A stretch of 64,000 nucleotides of DNA from Dehalococcoidia bacterium (lineage in GTDB: Bacteria; Chloroflexota; Dehalococcoidia; Lucifugimonadales; UBA3495), in assembly GCA_965201145.1 (NCBI GenBank), contig CBDAVT010000002.1, positions 2,203,380-2,267,379 on the forward strand. Direction: 5' to 3'. Shown here piece after piece: positions 1-10,172 of the stretch. Positions within the stretch are counted from its first letter, which is position 1. Each line of letters opens with the position of its first letter. A model generated the notes under the pieces. The model was given only the letters and a program-made list of their open reading frames with translations. It was not told the DNA's origin and searched no databases. The position numbers were made by a program, and so were the translations under genes.

Positions 1-20
1 ACGCAAAATTTAGGAAGCCC

Positions 21-203
21 CAGGGCTATCGCATATGAAAAAATTTCAGGCTCAGAACGGAACTTTCCGATGTTTTGGCGGCGCTTTACTGGGTAATCAA
101 CATCAAAACCAACGGTTTAAGTCTTAAATTACCCAAATTTAGCAGTTAAAAACGGAGATTTACCCGTCAATTGGCCTCTTAAATTCCATATGCGATAGCC
201 CTG
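21..203 (+). mobile_element. 183-bp MITE-like element, copy 1 (variant A)
   Basis: Starts CAGGGCTATCGCATATG and ends with its exact reverse complement (17-bp TIR). Flanked by a direct 10-bp duplication TAGGAAGCCC (11-20 and 204-213). No credible internal ORF. Confidence 0.9.
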
Positions 204-210
204 TAGGAAG

Positions 211-247
211 CCCTCACCCCCGGCCCCTCTCCCGCGAGGAGAGGGGA
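211..247. repeat. REP-like GC-rich palindromic element
   Basis: CCCTCACCCCCGGCCCCTCTCCC-GCGAG-GAGAGGGGAG hairpin. Same motif family recurs in at least 12 intergenic sites of the window. Confidence 0.7.
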
Positions 248-337
248 GTAGTTGGCCCGGTTGTTTCCCGGTTCCGCAGGGGGTAAACTTAACCCACTGT
301 CGCAGGGCCGCACAGGTATGAGCGCGAGGTGTGAAAT

Positions 338-1534
338 ATGACTGGACTGCAAGGAACTTATGAACCGCCGGCGCAGTCGCGGGTGACTTTCGGTCAGGGC
401 CGGGCGGAGAATCTGGCGGCGGAACTGGACCGATTGGGCAGCCAGCGAGTAATGGTTTTATCCGGTCGCAGTGTTGCGGAGAAAACCGATACGGTGAATC
501 GAGTGGCTTCGCTGCTGGGCGAGCGCTGTCTGGCCGTCTATTCCAACCTGCCCCAGCGGGCGCCCCTGGCTACCGCCGTTGAGGCGACGCAAATTGCCCT
601 GGATAACCGGGTGGATACGCTGGTTGGCGTGGGGGGCAGCACCATTTCTGACGCGGCCCGGATGATTGGCGTAATGATGGCCGAGGGCATTACTACCGAG
701 GCTGAATTGCGGGAACGGGGGCATCAAGGCGGGGGGAACTTTCGCTCCAACGCCGCCGGTGAGCAACTGCCCTGGCAGGTGTCCATTCCGACAACCCTGT
801 CCGCCGGCGAATTCAACGTGGGCGGCGGCAATGTCCTGGACGACCGGGCCGGGCATAAAATCAGGGTTCGGCACCCCGACCTCTACGCCCATTTAATCGT
901 CTTGGACCCGGACCTGACCGAAGGCACTCCCGACTGGCTTTGGCTGTCCAGCGGGGTCAAGGCGCTGGACCACTGTATCGAACGGCTCTACTGCCGGGGC
1001 AGCCAGCCGGCTACCGACGCTACCACTGCCAAGGCGGCGGAACTGCTGCTGTCCAATCTGCCCAATTCCAGAGAGGCGATGGGCAATTCCGAAGCTCGCT
1101 TGAACTGTCTGCTGGGCGCCTGGCTGTCGATGATGGGCGCGCCCAGCGTGGGGTCCGGACTCAGCCACGCCATCGGCCACGTCATCGGAGTCAAGTACAG
1201 CGTGGGCCACGGTTACACTTCCTGCGTAACCCAGCCCTACGTGATGGAATTCAACCGTCCGGCTTCGGCGGACAAGCAAGCCTTGCTGGCTCAGGCCGCC
1301 GGTCTGGACACCCGGGATCTGGGGGATGAAGCGGCGGCGGCCGCGGTGGCCCGGGTAGTCGATGACTTCATTATGGATCTGGGAATGCCCCACCGACTGC
1401 GGGAGCTGGAGATACCCCGGGAAGACCTGCCGGAAATCGCCCGGCTTACCCTGGAGGACGGCCCGGCGCGCAACAACCCGGTTCAGGTTTCCGAACCGGA
1501 GGAACTGCTGCCCCTGCTGGAAAAGGCGTGGTAG
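338..1534 (+). CDS. iron-containing alcohol dehydrogenase family protein (maleylacetate reductase-like)
   Basis: 398-aa ORF. Has the Fe-ADH glycine stretch GVGGSTISDAAR and His cluster SHAIGHVIG...GH. Neighbours are a dienelactone hydrolase and a lactonase. Confidence 0.8.
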   Translation: MTGLQGTYEPPAQSRVTFGQGRAENLAAELDRLGSQRVMVLSGRSVAEKTDTVNRVASLLGERCLAVYSNLPQRAPLATAVEATQIALDNRVDTLVGVGGSTISDAARMIGVMMAEGITTEAELRERGHQGGGNFRSNAAGEQLPWQVSIPTTLSAGEFNVGGGNVLDDRAGHKIRVRHPDLYAHLIVLDPDLTEGTPDWLWLSSGVKALDHCIERLYCRGSQPATDATTAKAAELLLSNLPNSREAMGNSEARLNCLLGAWLSMMGAPSVGSGLSHAIGHVIGVKYSVGHGYTSCVTQPYVMEFNRPASADKQALLAQAAGLDTRDLGDEAAAAAVARVVDDFIMDLGMPHRLRELEIPREDLPEIARLTLEDGPARNNPVQVSEPEELLPLLEKAW

Positions 1535-1833
1535 GGAAAAGAAGTTCAGGCATTTAACGGGCAGATCAAGGGTTTGCCCGCCGCCGTTGCTTGACTTGCC
1601 AGGGATTTCATAAAGTCCGGGCCGGACGGCGGGAAGGTGAGGTCAATCGTCAACCTCCGGCTTCCGGCAAATCCTGAAGCCCCGGTAGTCGCGGTTGGCG
1701 GCGCCGGAGACCTGGTCGCGACCGGGGCCGGGGATAATCCCCAACTCCGGCCGCCAATCTGCTACAATTCACCTGCCGGCCCGAGTCGGGCCCGGCGCAA
1801 CAGCGCCACGACAATAAAACGGAGGTATGCGCA

Positions 1834-2547
1834 ATGCCGTCTTTTACCGACAAGTTGACCGTCAACGGGGAAGAAATGGAGATGTACGCCGCGGTTCCCA
1901 GCGGTTCGGGGCCTTTTCCCGCCGTGGTAATCGCCTTTCACGTCGGCGGAATGGATGAGTTTGACAAGGTTATGGCCGACCGGTTCGCCGAGGAAGGCTA
2001 TGTCGCCGTGGTTCCCGACCTGTTCCACCGCTTCAGCGAAGAGGTTATGGCCGGCCCCCGTCTGGACCGGCTGGGCCACCTCAACGACCCGGACATCATC
2101 GCCGATATGAATGCCGCCGTGGACTTTCTCACTAATAATTCGGCCGTCGACAACGAGCGCATCGGCGTTACCGGGTTCTGCATGGGCGGGCGCATTGCCT
2201 GGCTGATGGCCGCGGTCAATCCCATTTTCAAGGCCACCGTCCCCTTCTACGGCGGCAACATTATGGGCATTTGGGGCGATGCCGAGCAGACGCCCTTTGA
2301 ATTGGCCGACGGCATCAACTGCCCGATGCTGTTCCATTTTGGCGAGATTGACCGCAACCCGTCGCAGGAGGATATGGTCAAGCTTGACGCCGAGTTGACC
2401 CGGCTGGGCAAGGAACATATCTTCCACACCTACCCCGGCGCCGACCATGCCTTTATGGACTGGACGGGAGCGCGCCACAACGAGGAAGGCGCCGCCCTGG
2501 CCTGGCCCAGGACGATCGAGTTCTTTAACCAGTACCTGAAGGGGTAA
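1834..2547 (+). CDS. dienelactone hydrolase family protein
   Basis: 237-aa ORF. Has the alpha/beta-hydrolase nucleophile elbow GFCMGG (Cys nucleophile typical of DLH) and C-terminal GADHAF His motif. GGAGG RBS 8 nt upstream. Confidence 0.8.
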   Translation: MPSFTDKLTVNGEEMEMYAAVPSGSGPFPAVVIAFHVGGMDEFDKVMADRFAEEGYVAVVPDLFHRFSEEVMAGPRLDRLGHLNDPDIIADMNAAVDFLTNNSAVDNERIGVTGFCMGGRIAWLMAAVNPIFKATVPFYGGNIMGIWGDAEQTPFELADGINCPMLFHFGEIDRNPSQEDMVKLDAELTRLGKEHIFHTYPGADHAFMDWTGARHNEEGAALAWPRTIEFFNQYLKG

Positions 2548-2694
2548 GAGCGGGCACCCCGCCAGGGTAGGGAACGTGCCGGCTGGTCTGCCGCTTCAGG
2601 AGCGCCGCTAACGGTCCGCTGGCGAGCCAGCCCTTGCGGAGTGAGGCAATATCGTTGCAACGGAACGTCACAGGATGTTAAAACCGGACTCCTG

Positions 2695-3780
2695 ATGCCG
2701 GCGCTACTGGAAAGAAAGGAAGAGTACCTGCCGATACCGGAAAAGGCTTTGGCCCGTCTCTGGCAGAAGCGGGCGGCCCGGCAGCGGGAGTTTCGCACCG
2801 GCGCCGGACGGCGGGTGCGGGTATTGTATCCGGGCCGGCCCGGCACCGCCGCCGGCCCGGACTTCCGGGACGCGCTGCTGGAAGTGGAAGGACTGGGTCT
2901 GGTAAAAGGGGATGTGGAGCTGCACCTGCGGCAGCAGGATTGGTACGCTCACGGCCACGCTACCGATCCCAACTATAACGGGGTGGTGCTTCACGCCGCC
3001 CTGCAGACCTCGCCCCAGCCAACTAAATTGCACAATGGGCAGCAGGCTCCGGTAATATCCTTGGCTGGGTTGCTGGACGAAAGCGCTGCCGACTTCGACG
3101 CTGCTGCCGAAAGTCCGGGAGCCCCGGGGCCGGCCGGGTCCCTGTGGCGGCTGCTGGCCGACCGGGGCTGGACGCGTCCCGAGGATGCCGCGGGGCTTGG
3201 GCGGTTGCTGGATGCCGCCGGCGATGCCCGCTTCCGGACCAAAGCCGCCAATTTCGCCGCTTTCAATCGGGAGCAGCCGCCGGCCCAGACCTTGTACGAA
3301 GGACTGCTGGAGGCGCTGGGATATTATGCCAACCGCCAGCCTTTCCTGAAACTGGCGCGGCAGGCTCCCTGGCAAGCCCTGTGTGCCGAAGCTGTAACTG
3401 TCCCGCCGGAAAGCCGGAGCGCCGTCATTGAAGGCCGTCTGCTGCACTTGTCCGGGTTGGCCGAAGGGGAAGGGAGCCGACCCCGCCGGGCCGCCGGCTA
3501 CGGGCGACCTCTGCTGGCCGCCGAGTGGAACTGCTTCCGGGTACGGCCGGCCAACCACCCGCGCCAGCGCATCGCCGGCGCCGCCCGACTGCTGGCCCGT
3601 TGCCTGATGGAATCGGCAGGGGCTCAGCCGGTTGAGGATTCTTTGGTCGAAAACCTCCGCCGGGCAGTAGCTGCCGACAGCGCCGCCAAGCTGACCGGCG
3701 CGCTGACCGTAAAGGCGGATAGACCCGGGGCGTGGCCTACATCGGCGCCGCCCGGGCCCGGGACCTGGCGGTCAACGTGA
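2695..3780 (+). CDS. DUF2851 family protein, frameshifted (C-terminal part continues in ORF 3732..4001)
   Basis: Family-typical stretch GPDFRDALLEVEG...GDVELHLRQQDWYAHGH...VVLH. The conserved C-terminus (ARDLAVNVILPFL...LQPNEICREMAEQLL) is in another frame from about 3732. Start chosen at MPALLERK. Confidence 0.6.
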   Translation: MPALLERKEEYLPIPEKALARLWQKRAARQREFRTGAGRRVRVLYPGRPGTAAGPDFRDALLEVEGLGLVKGDVELHLRQQDWYAHGHATDPNYNGVVLHAALQTSPQPTKLHNGQQAPVISLAGLLDESAADFDAAAESPGAPGPAGSLWRLLADRGWTRPEDAAGLGRLLDAAGDARFRTKAANFAAFNREQPPAQTLYEGLLEALGYYANRQPFLKLARQAPWQALCAEAVTVPPESRSAVIEGRLLHLSGLAEGEGSRPRRAAGYGRPLLAAEWNCFRVRPANHPRQRIAGAARLLARCLMESAGAQPVEDSLVENLRRAVAADSAAKLTGALTVKADRPGAWPTSAPPGPGTWRST

Positions 3781-4082
3781 TTCTGCCCTTCCTGGACGCC
3801 CTGGATAGGGTCAATTCTTCGGACACCCCGCAGCCCGACAGCCCCTCCCTTACCCTCTACCGGAAATTTCCCAAGCTGCAACCCAACGAAATCTGTCGGG
3901 AGATGGCCGAGCAATTGCTGGAGGCGGACTGGAGCGGGACCGTAAACTCCGCCCGGCGGCAGCAGGGACTGATTCACCTGCACCGCCAACTGACCGGCTG
4001 AACCCGCTAATTTCCGACCGCTGCCGGGGACGGGTTCTATACCGCCCCCTGACCGGCAATCAGAGTATTCCGGGCCTGGCCG

Positions 4083-5096
4083 CTAAACTTCCACCGGCAG
4101 CACCCACATTGGCCCCGCCCCCAGTTCGTAGGTTTCGAACCGCTCCAGCTCGCCGGTATCGGTAATTCGGAAGGCGGCCAGCTTGCCCGACTCCAGGCCG
4201 GCCGAGTACAGGTAGCGGCCGGTGGGGTCGATGCCAAAGGCTCGGGGCACCGGTTCGGCCGGCGTCTGGCCCAGGGCAGTCAAGCGGCCGGCGTCATCCA
4301 CCGCATAACCGGCGATGCTGTCGTGGCCCCGGTTGGGCGCGTAAAGGTAGCGGCCGTCGGGGGTAATCTGGATTTGAGCGCAACTGTTCCGCCCTTCGAA
4401 CCCTTCCGGCAGGGTGGTGAGGGTCTGGAAGGGAGTCAAGCCGCCGGTGTCCGTATCCAGGTGATAGCCGGTGACGCTGCAACCCTGCTCGTTGGAAACG
4501 TAGATAATATCCTTGCTGGGGTGAAAACAGAAATGCCGGGGCCCGTCCGGGTTAGCCGGGCTGACCCGGGGCGGGTCATTGGGCGTGATCTGCCCCGTGG
4601 CCGGGTCGAAGTGGAACTGAAAGATGGCGTTGGGGCCGTCGCCGGCGGCAATGTGCGGTACGTAGCCGTAGCGGTTGCCGGGGTCGGTCTGGAAGCAGTG
4701 CGCCCCGGTGCCGGTAGCCACCCATTCCACCGGCGGGCCGGTTACGGCGCCGTCAGCGCCGATGGCGTGCACCGCGGCGTGGCCGGCGTTGTAGTAGGCC
4801 GACAGCAGGTAGCGGCCGGTCCGGTCGGTGGCGATGTAGCACGGGTCCGACTCCAGCCCCGCCGTGACAATGAGCTCCAGCTCGCCGCTGTCGGGAATCA
4901 GCCGGTAGCTGGATACCTCCAGGTCGTCCCGCCGGCCCACGTAAACGAACTGCCGGTCAGGACTGGCGGCCATAGGCGCCGGCCGGCCCGGCGCCGCGGT
5001 CTCGCCCAGCAATTCCAGACGGCCGTCGGCCGGGTCCAGGGCGAACCGCAGCGCCTTGCCTTCGCCGGAAATGGAAACATACACGTAAAAAGCCAT
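4083..5096 (-). CDS. lactonase, 7-bladed beta-propeller family (6-phosphogluconolactonase/cycloisomerase-like)
   Basis: 337-aa ORF with repeated blade signatures (FVYVGRR, YLLSAYY, YGYVPHI, IIYVSNE, YLYAPNR, YLYSAGL). Confidence 0.75.
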   Translation of the reverse strand: MAFYVYVSISGEGKALRFALDPADGRLELLGETAAPGRPAPMAASPDRQFVYVGRRDDLEVSSYRLIPDSGELELIVTAGLESDPCYIATDRTGRYLLSAYYNAGHAAVHAIGADGAVTGPPVEWVATGTGAHCFQTDPGNRYGYVPHIAAGDGPNAIFQFHFDPATGQITPNDPPRVSPANPDGPRHFCFHPSKDIIYVSNEQGCSVTGYHLDTDTGGLTPFQTLTTLPEGFEGRNSCAQIQITPDGRYLYAPNRGHDSIAGYAVDDAGRLTALGQTPAEPVPRAFGIDPTGRYLYSAGLESGKLAAFRITDTGELERFETYELGAGPMWVLPVEV

Positions 5097-5338
5097 TGCT
5101 TTACCTCATCTTCCTCAGAATGGTTGTCCGATTGTAAATTAGACGTGATTCTACCACAGCGGTTTTGGAGGGTCGGGTGTTAGTTAAGCGCCGTCTCCCT
5201 CATAATGGCGAAATGCAGTATGCTGAGCGTGTCGGGTTCAGACACAAACTCATTCAGAGAAATCATTGCTCAAAGGCTCCCTTTATTGTCCCCGGGGGCA
5301 GGGAATGTCGGGATTCCATCGAAGAAGAATGTGTCGGA

Positions 5339-6661
5339 CTAAGGGGGGCTGTCCAATTCTACCCGGATTACCCGATAGGTCTTGCCACGAAGGACTACTA
5401 CAATGTCATCTCCAATTTCTTTCCCTTCAATATGACATATTCCCAGAAATGGTATTTCTTCCCACGAGTATCTGCCCCGGTTTTCATATACCCTTGTTAC
5501 ACACGGGTTGTTATTCCGCGTTGTGTGCCACCAAGAACCGTTTTCTTCCCAAGTCAACAGAGCCAGGAATGAACCGTCATTGTAATGCGCCTCCGGTATT
5601 GACGGTGTGGGAGTAGGTAATCTTACATTTCTGCCGGCTTTCAGGAAATTAAACCGAGAGTAAATTTCTTCAATAGCAAGGGCATAACCTACATTTTCCA
5701 AGTGGTCCCACCCGCAGGTATTCATACCGATGATATTACCGTCGGTTGTCATTAACGGCCCGCCGCTGTTTCCCGGATTAAGGGCTGCATCGGTTTTGAT
5801 CCAGTGCACTCCATCTTGGCAAGCGCCGTAAAGAACTTTTGCAACGGAGACTATGCCACTGGTAACAGTTCGGCTGCCTCCCCCTTGGGGATAGCCCATC
5901 GCTATTACCCGGCTCCCTTTAGCGATGTTGGTGGATACAGTAATTCCGGCCCCCCATTGCTTCAGATAGCTTATCCCGTCCTTATATCCAGTTCCAGCCC
6001 AGTCGAAGTCATTGGGCCCGACGTCGATTAAAGCTACATCTGCGACTTCATCTACACCCAGAACTTGGGCCCGCGAAATAGTAATGTCTCGGTACCAGCG
6101 CAATTCTACCCATTGGTCATTTCCTACAACGTGAGCGTTTGTGACCAGATACCATTCGGTACGGTTAGACGGATCCTGGATAAAGAACCCGGTCCCGGAG
6201 CCACCTGAGGACAAAATTAGCACTATATAAGGGTTCAACCTATCGCTCCAGTCAGCAATACTAGGGGTCGGGGTTGGAATGCGAGTTGGTCTGACGGTCG
6301 GCACTGGGGTAGCGGTTGGCTGGGGGGTGGACGTGGGAATCGGAGTAGGAATCGGCTGCGGAGAAGCCGTCGGCGCCGGGGTTGCCGTCGGTTGAGGCGT
6401 GGCAGTGGGAATCGGGGTAGGAACTGGCTGCGGCGACGCCGTTGGCAGTGGAGTAGGGATAATTTGTGGCGTCGCCGTAGCCACTTTTGGAGCTGGGGTA
6501 GTGGTTGGTTGGGGCGTCAACGTAGGCATTGAATCCACAACCGCCTGAGCCCTCTGGTCAATCAAGCGGTTCAGCTCCTCCGTGGAAGGGCCGCAGGCCA
6601 GTACCGCAAAGATTAACGCAACAGCCCCAACACGCCCGAAATTTAACCAATCGCCAAACAT
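5339..6661 (-). CDS. secreted trypsin-like serine protease (S1 family) with Pro/Thr-rich linker
   Basis: 440-aa ORF. Has a lipoprotein-like signal (VLACG), repeated TPQPTxTPAPT linker and the serine motif GNSGGPL. The catalytic and C-terminal part is visibly AT-richer than its neighbours. Confidence 0.8.
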   Translation of the reverse strand: MFGDWLNFGRVGAVALIFAVLACGPSTEELNRLIDQRAQAVVDSMPTLTPQPTTTPAPKVATATPQIIPTPLPTASPQPVPTPIPTATPQPTATPAPTASPQPIPTPIPTSTPQPTATPVPTVRPTRIPTPTPSIADWSDRLNPYIVLILSSGGSGTGFFIQDPSNRTEWYLVTNAHVVGNDQWVELRWYRDITISRAQVLGVDEVADVALIDVGPNDFDWAGTGYKDGISYLKQWGAGITVSTNIAKGSRVIAMGYPQGGGSRTVTSGIVSVAKVLYGACQDGVHWIKTDAALNPGNSGGPLMTTDGNIIGMNTCGWDHLENVGYALAIEEIYSRFNFLKAGRNVRLPTPTPSIPEAHYNDGSFLALLTWEENGSWWHTTRNNNPCVTRVYENRGRYSWEEIPFLGICHIEGKEIGDDIVVVLRGKTYRVIRVELDSPP

Positions 6662-6689
6662 ATTTCCGACTCTAACCTTATCGTATTCC

Positions 6690-8192
6690 CTAAATAAACC
6701 GGGCCTGGGTTCTAGGGGTGTCGGCGTAGTCGATATAGACGGTGATTACTTCGCTGAAGAAGTCCACCGCCTCTACTCCCTGTTCCCGCTGGCCCACGCC
6801 CGAGGCTTTGAGGCCACCGAAGGGGAGATGCACTTCACCCCCCAGCGTGGGAGCGTTGACGTGAACCATGCCGGCATCTACGGTGTTGATGTATTTATAA
6901 GCTCGGGGCAGGTCCCGGGTGTAAACCGACGAAGACAGACCGAACTTGACGCTGTTGGATACTGCCACCGCCTCTTCCAGGTCCCGAACTTTGAATACCG
7001 TCAACACCGGCCCGAATATTTCCTCCTGGGCGATGCGCATATCCGGGGTAACGTCGGTGAAAATCGTCGGTTCCACGTAGTAGCCTTCTGCAAATTCGCC
7101 CCCGGTCAGGGCGTGGCCGCCAAAGGCCAGGTGCGCGCCCTCCTCGGCGCCGATGCCGATGTAGTTAAGCACGGTATCCAACTGGGACTGGCTGGCCAGG
7201 GGGCTGACGTCGGTATTCGGCGCCATCCCGTCGCCCACCCTCAGTTCGGCGGTGCGCTGAATCAGCTGCTCCATGAAGGTGTCATAGACGTCTTCTTCCA
7301 CGATGACCCGGCTGGTGGCGGTGCACCGCTGGCCGGTAGAACCGAAGGCCCCCTGCACAATACCGCCCAGGGCCTTGTCCAGGTCGGCGTCGGCCAGCAG
7401 AATGACGGCATTCTTGCCGCCCATTTCGCACTGCACCTTTTTCAGCCGCTGGGCGCCCGCGGCGTAGATGCCGGTGCCGATTTCCGTTGAGCCGGTGAAG
7501 GAGATGCCCTGCACCTCCGGGCTTTCCACCAAGGCGTTGCCTACCGACCCGCCGGGGCCGGTAATCAGGTTTAACACTCCCGGCGGCAGGCCGGCTTCCT
7601 CAAATACCTCGGTCAGCTTGACGGCGCTGAGGGGAGTAATGGAGGCCGGCTTGAAAACCAGGGTGTTGCCGCAGATGAGGGCCGGCGCCATCTTCCAGGC
7701 GGGTATGGCGATGGGGAAGTTCCAGGGGGTAATGATGGCGACGACGCCCAGCGGACGGCGCACGGTATAAGCCACCGTGTTGGGCAGTTCCGAGGGAGTG
7801 GTATAGCCGAACATCCGGCGGCCCTCCCCGGCGGCGTACTCGATGATGTTCATTGCCCGGCGCACCTCGCCCTGGGCGTCAGGCAAAGGTTTGCCCTCCT
7901 CCTCGGTGATGGCGCGGGCCAGTTCGTCGCTGCGGCGGGCCATAATGTCCAGGGCGCGGTAGAGAACCTGGGCGCGGGCCGGGGCCGGCGTATTGGCCCA
8001 GCCTTCCAGCGCCTGCCGGGCGGCCGCCACCGCCTGCAGGGCATCCTCCGGGGTTGAGGTCTGAAACTCGCCCAGCACCCGGTCCTTGTGGGCCGGGTTG
8101 GCGATGGGGTAGGTGCGGCCGGATACGGACTCAACCCATTGTCCGCCAATGAAATTGCGATGGGGGTCAGCCGGTAGAGTAGTCATAGACAA
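6690..8192 (-). CDS. NAD(P)-dependent aldehyde dehydrogenase
   Basis: 500-aa ORF with ALDH motifs [15 protein letters not shown] (catalytic Glu) and GQRCTATSR (catalytic Cys). Confidence 0.9.
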   Translation of the reverse strand: MSMTTLPADPHRNFIGGQWVESVSGRTYPIANPAHKDRVLGEFQTSTPEDALQAVAAARQALEGWANTPAPARAQVLYRALDIMARRSDELARAITEEEGKPLPDAQGEVRRAMNIIEYAAGEGRRMFGYTTPSELPNTVAYTVRRPLGVVAIITPWNFPIAIPAWKMAPALICGNTLVFKPASITPLSAVKLTEVFEEAGLPPGVLNLITGPGGSVGNALVESPEVQGISFTGSTEIGTGIYAAGAQRLKKVQCEMGGKNAVILLADADLDKALGGIVQGAFGSTGQRCTATSRVIVEEDVYDTFMEQLIQRTAELRVGDGMAPNTDVSPLASQSQLDTVLNYIGIGAEEGAHLAFGGHALTGGEFAEGYYVEPTIFTDVTPDMRIAQEEIFGPVLTVFKVRDLEEAVAVSNSVKFGLSSSVYTRDLPRAYKYINTVDAGMVHVNAPTLGGEVHLPFGGLKASGVGQREQGVEAVDFFSEVITVYIDYADTPRTQARFI

Positions 8193-8431
8193 TTCCTCAG
8201 TTCTTCTTTTTCGACAGCGGGGTCAGTTAATACCCCGTTGCAGTAAAGTACCATTACCGCCCGTCAGGGGCAAGTTGGCAAGGGTCGAAGGAACGGGGCA
8301 ATCGGATTGCCGGCAGCCCTTTTGTCGATTATTCTTCGCAGCCAGCCCGCAATTGCCGGGCGGGTGTGCCGCAAGGCCGATTCCGGTAAAATGGGATCCG
8401 GGAAACAAAACTAATTTGGAGAGGCAAAGCA

Positions 8432-8719
8432 ATGGCAGGTTATATGATTGCCGACGTTACGGTAACCGACCCGGCGGGATTTGAGGAGTACCGCCAGCTG
8501 GTCAGCGCCACCATCGAAGCCTACGGGGGCCGCTACGTGGTGCGGGGCGGCGCCACCGAGATGGTGGAAGGGGACTGGACGCCCAGCCGTCTGGTAATTC
8601 TGGAATTTGACAGCGTGGAGCAGGCCAAGGCCTGGTATTACTCCGAGGAGTACGCCGGCCCCAAAGCGATGCGGCACAATTCGGCCACCACCAACGCCGT
8701 TTTCGTTGCCGGCATTTAG
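8432..8719 (+). CDS. DUF1330 domain protein
   Basis: 95-aa ORF. Pattern YMIADVTVTDPAGFEEY...GGRYVVRGG...EGDW...LVILEF.S.E.A.AWY.S.EY is typical of DUF1330. GGAGAGG RBS upstream. Confidence 0.7.
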   Translation: MAGYMIADVTVTDPAGFEEYRQLVSATIEAYGGRYVVRGGATEMVEGDWTPSRLVILEFDSVEQAKAWYYSEEYAGPKAMRHNSATTNAVFVAGI

Positions 8720-8752
8720 TCTTTTCCACCGGCTCTGCCACCGCCGGGGCGA

Positions 8753-9427
8753 TTACGGTAATTCCGGACGGGTCTGGAGTTTTTCGAACAGGTAGGCGGG
8801 CGCGGATTTGGTTGGCTTGAACCGGGCCCGGCTGGGCGGTCGGCCGGCGTCGCCAGCCACCATTTCCGCAGTGAACCGGGTCTCCCGGTCAGTCTTGAAA
8901 TAGGCGGCCAGTTGCGCTTCAGTCGTTTCCAGAAGGAGGCCGCTGCCGGCAAAGGCGCCAATCAGCCGATAATCCGGGTCGGTCCAGGCCCGGCGGGCAT
9001 CGTAATGTTCGTCATTGACCAGCAGCCGGCCGCCGGGACGCAGGAATCTCTTGCCATACCGGGAAACGAACCCGGCGTTAAGGGATATAAGCAGGTCGAA
9101 GGCTGCTTCGGTCGCGGCGGCAAAGGCGCGGTAGTCTTCCTGATAACAGCGAATTTGGGCGGCTTCCGGGTAAGCTTTATGGTGGTTTACGTATTCCAGC
9201 AGGGCCGGGTCGGCCATGGCATTGGCAAAGCCGGCCAGGGAGTCAACGTAGGTCACTTCGGAGAAGAACAGGGACGGAGTAAGGTGCAGCCATCTGCCGA
9301 GGTAGAGGGTCCGGGCTGCGCCGAAGTTGGCCCGTAGCTGCTGGAAAACCGGCCCCAGGTCGCAGTTGCAGTCTGGCCGGTTTCGGTAATGTTCCAGATA
9401 GATGTTCAGGGGATTCCGTAAAGACAT
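8753..9427 (-). CDS. hypothetical protein (possible SAM-methyltransferase-like fold)
   Basis: ORF 8753..9502. Start moved to MSLRNPLNIY. Only weak motif support (RFLRPGGRLLVND). Confidence 0.35.
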   Translation of the reverse strand: MSLRNPLNIYLEHYRNRPDCNCDLGPVFQQLRANFGAARTLYLGRWLHLTPSLFFSEVTYVDSLAGFANAMADPALLEYVNHHKAYPEAAQIRCYQEDYRAFAAATEAAFDLLISLNAGFVSRYGKRFLRPGGRLLVNDEHYDARRAWTDPDYRLIGAFAGSGLLLETTEAQLAAYFKTDRETRFTAEMVAGDAGRPPSRARFKPTKSAPAYLFEKLQTRPELP

Positions 9428-9524
9428 TGGCGCGGCTTCGTCCTTACCCCCTCTCCTTCTGACCGGAGAGGGGGTTGTTCCGGTCTCCCGGTGCGGTGGC
9501 AAGCCCGGCGGCGGGCTTGATAGT

Positions 9525-9941
9525 CTAGCGCCAGGCGGCGTGGTACATAACTTCGATCAGGTTGCCGTCCGGGTCCCGGAGGAAGCCGGCCAGCTTGCCG
9601 ATGTCATTCAACTTCGGTTCACGGCCCGGCTCGAAGTCGATTCCTTCCTGCCGTAAATTGGACAGCCAGGCGTCCCAGTCCTCCACCTCGACGGCGAAAT
9701 GGTTGGTAGGATGGGGCTGGGGATTGGCCTCGACGTGAAGATGCAGTTCCGTATTGCCCAGCTTCAGATAGCGGGGGCCGTCCTCGGTCCATTCGGCGCC
9801 GAAGGCCCGGGCGTACCAGTCCTGACTGCGGGCCACGTCGCTGGTTTCCACATTGGTATGCTGAATCATACTGACCTTGATGCTGCCCTGGGTAAACGCG
9901 GGTATGTAGGGATTGCGTTCCGGCATAATGCTTACCTCCAC
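9525..9941 (-). CDS. VOC (glyoxalase/bleomycin-resistance/dioxygenase) family protein
   Basis: 138-aa ORF. Has the VOC-like pattern HTNVETSDVARSQDWYARAFG...HFAVEVEDWDAW...LRDPDGNLIEV. Confidence 0.7.
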   Translation of the reverse strand: MEVSIMPERNPYIPAFTQGSIKVSMIQHTNVETSDVARSQDWYARAFGAEWTEDGPRYLKLGNTELHLHVEANPQPHPTNHFAVEVEDWDAWLSNLRQEGIDFEPGREPKLNDIGKLAGFLRDPDGNLIEVMYHAAWR

Positions 9942-10172
9942 TCCAATTATGCGCTGGGCGGCCCAGGCCCGGGGAAAACGGCTGTCCTCTGGGCCGTTGC
10001 GGGTCGCCCCAAATATATTACAAGGGGACGGAAGCGGTCAAACTGGCCGGTGACCGACGGGATTTGATTGCCGGGAAGGGCCGTGCTAGACTGCGGGCAG
10101 AGGCAAAGATGAGGAAGTAGAATAAATGATGGTTAATGCTGGTTCGTACAACGGTGGTTATGGTAAATAATG

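Noticed and set aside
1600-1630. AAAGTCCGGGC resembling the RNase P RNA conserved core
   Set aside because: Only this short block matches. The intergenic region (about 300 nt) lacks the other conserved RNase P segments and is too short.
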